A stretch of 39,685 nt of DNA from Pelomyxa schiedti (lineage: Eukaryota; Protista; Evosea), in contig JAHLWZ010000947.1 of NCBI GenBank assembly GCA_020536535.1, positions 1 through 39,685 of the forward strand, read 5' to 3'. The notes under the pieces are model-generated. The model saw nothing but the letters and a program-made list of their open reading frames with translations. It had not been told where the DNA came from and made no database searches. Each line of letters starts with the position of its first letter. Position 1 is the first letter of the stretch. This document shows positions 35,632 through 39,685 of this stretch, piece after piece. The position numbers and the translations under genes were made by a program.

Positions 35632-37386
35632 ATGGCCACGACGACGACAACTGCCACGACGACCACCACGACGGCCACCACGGCAACCACCTTCACAGGG
35701 CGCGGCTCCCCCACGTCGCCCGTGCTCGACAGCAACACCAACAACAGCAACAACAACAACGGGGGCAGGGCGGGGGCGGGGGCGGGGGCGGGGAAAGGAG
35801 GGGGGGTGGGGGCGGTGTCGCCGACGGGTGGGCCGGGCGGGGCGCGGAAGGGGGGCAGCGTGGCGAGGGTGCACGCGGACGTGTGCGCGGGGCTGGGGCC
35901 CGCCTTCTATTCTTATGACACGATGCCAATCCCCTGGGGGTGCGTCCCTCCCTTTGGCGTTTTGGTGTTATGGGAGAAGGGCTGTGTGAGTTTGGGTTGT
36001 TTTTTTTTTTTTTTTTTTTTTCTCTTGTTTGTTTGGTTGTTTTGTATTTTGTATTTTGTGTGGTGCTCTGTTTTGGGTATAACGTGTGTTTTAGGAACGT
36101 GGATGACTATGAGATCATTAGAAAGCTGGGACGCGGAAAGTGAGCTAATTTATTTGACGTGGTGTAGTGGGATTGGGCATACGTAACTTTATGTTTTAGG
36201 TACAGTGACGTTTTTGAGGGGAGAATTGTGTGCAGTGGTACCAAATGCGTCGTGAAAGTGCTAAAACCAGTTAAGAGGAAGAAAATTAGGCGCGAGGTTA
36301 AAATTCTGCACAATCTCCGCGAAGGCCCAAATATTGTTCAGGTTGGATTATAATAAAGTTTCTACAACCAACAACCCTTCACCAGTTGTGGGACATTGTC
36401 AAGGACCCCCAGAGTGACTCACCAAGCTTCATCACAGAATATGTCAATAATAACGATTTCAAAGTACACAATTCCATCCCAACTACAAATGAAACTTACC
36501 TCACAAGACACTATACCCTGCTCTAACAGATTTTGATGTGAGATACTACATGTACCAGGTCTCTCTTCATTTTGGAGGCCTTTTTGTTTAGTTTTTTATG
36601 CTTCAAAAAGGTTTTACGATCACTTCAATATTGTCATTCGAGAGGGATCATGCACAGAGACGTGAAACCTCATAACGTACGAAGTTTCTCTTGTTTGTTA
36701 AACTTATATCCCCAGGTTATGATAGACCACGCAAGAAGACGACTAAGGCTTATTGACTGGGGCTTGGCGGAATTTTATCACCCAAGAAAGCAATATAACG
36801 TTCATGTGGCCTCAAGGTTGTTTTTTCTTATTTGGTCAAAGTTAATCTTTCCCTTAGATATTACAAAGGGCCTGAGCTTCTTGTTGACATGCTCGAGTAT
36901 GACTATTCCCTCGACATGTGGAGTCTGGGTTGCATGTTTGCCGCCATGGTATGCACAAGCCAACATTATGTTCTGACCAAGCTTATACACTAAATCAAGA
37001 TATTCCGCTTTGAACCACTTTTTCATGGGCAAGACAATGAAGACCAGCTTGCTAAAATAGCCAAAGTACTCGGAACAGATTCTCTAGAAGCATACATTGC
37101 CAAGTACAACATTCCCCCACTGCATTCCTCTCTCGCAGCCTGTGTGTGGGGTGGCGGAACTTCCGGCACGAAGGCATCAAGAAGAAGACCCGGAAAAAGC
37201 TGGCATACCTTCATTACATCATCCAATGCCTGTGTGTGCTCTGATGATGCGTTGAAGCTTCTATCAGCCCTACTGAAGTATGACCACAATGAGCGGTTGA
37301 CGGCCACAGAAGCACTTGCTCACATGTACTTCGATCCAGTCAGGAGAGTTCTTGCTGAAACAGGGAGGGATAGTCTTGAAGTGTGA
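35632..37386 (+). CDS. CSNK2A1: Casein kinase II alpha catalytic subunit with low-complexity N-terminal extension
   Basis: [94 protein letters not shown]. Confidence 0.95.
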
Positions 37387-37431
37387 CAAAGAACAAAACA
37401 AAAAGAATTTACACTTGGTGCTGTGCCATTT

Positions 37432-39178
<1,747 letters not shown>

Positions 39179-39363
39179 TACCAAATAAGATCTGGTAGAT
39201 TTACTGCACAGAAGACCTCTACTCCAAGACACTAGGGTGTGTGTCTCCTTGGGCTGGGAGACAGAAGCTGACGCCCAGAGGGAGCTGCATTCACAGAAGG
39301 CGAAATTGTTGTCAATTTCTCGCTGTCACTCGTTCCCTGCGTAGCGCGGACTCGTTCGTTCAA

Positions 39364-39685
39364 ATGCGTCGCGGTGGCAAAAAATCCAATAAATCGCACA
39401 ACAAAGATCTGTCGTTGTCGCGCGACACTGTGCAGGCAATATTGGCAACACGGACAGGAAGTACTACTCGTTCCAATGTGCCCGTAGTGAAACCAGCAGC
39501 AATAGTACCTACAAAGCCGACCGAGGACCCTAAGACGGATCTCGTGCAAGTCACGTCGTCAACAGCAGCTTCTGCAAACGCCGTCGCCGTCGTTGGCGAG
39601 CGCATAGGCAATGAGATCTTGACGTTTGTTGCTGTGGATAGACTGTTCACAACACTGACCACTGACATCGGCTTTTCCGAGGATG
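39364..39685 (+). CDS. 5' part of an unknown protein; open to the window edge and absent from the ORF track
   Basis: ATG in a caaATG context; stop-free reading MRRGGKKSNKSHNKDLSLSRDTVQAILATR...EILTFVAVDRLFTTLTTDIGFSED; divergent from QTRT1 like the other head-to-head pairs here. Confidence 0.6.
   Translation, partial: MRRGGKKSNKSHNKDLSLSRDTVQAILATRTGSTTRSNVPVVKPAAIVPTKPTEDPKTDLVQVTSSTAASANAVAVVGERIGNEILTFVAVDRLFTTLTTDIGFSED

Noticed and set aside
39232-39668. Minus-strand ORFs at the right edge
   Set aside because: Antisense to the better plus-strand frame from 39364, and they would run into the QTRT1 promoter.

Overview
Eukaryotic, very gene-dense and intron-rich genomic DNA in the standard genetic code; most introns are about 30-60 nt and GT-AG, with at least two GC-AG. 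Manual splicing gives 17 protein-coding genes, two cut by the window edges. In order: coiled-coil protein (partial), PTEN-like phosphatase, a short N-acylated major-vault-protein/SPFH-like protein, ADP-forming acetate-CoA ligase fused to a degenerate GNAT domain, PPIP5K/Vip1, EPG5, PP2A catalytic subunit, ArfGAP2/3-type GAP, a Q-rich protein with a possible XLF/XRCC4-like head, RPA3, a polyQ + beta-trefoil + Cys/His-repeat protein, a RasC-like GTPase, a six-repeat type I surface protein, CK2 alpha, QTRT1 and a partial unknown gene. The RasC-like GTPase and the ADP-forming ligase suggest an anaerobic amoebozoan such as an archamoeba; this is inference, not a database result. I found no supportable RNA gene, transposon or CRISPR array. 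The strongest novelty candidates are the acylated mini-vault-like protein, the six-repeat receptor with repeat-conserved phase-1 introns, the trefoil/zinc-repeat protein and the ligase-GNAT fusion. Exon boundaries were inferred by eye; family calls rest on remembered motifs, not searches.
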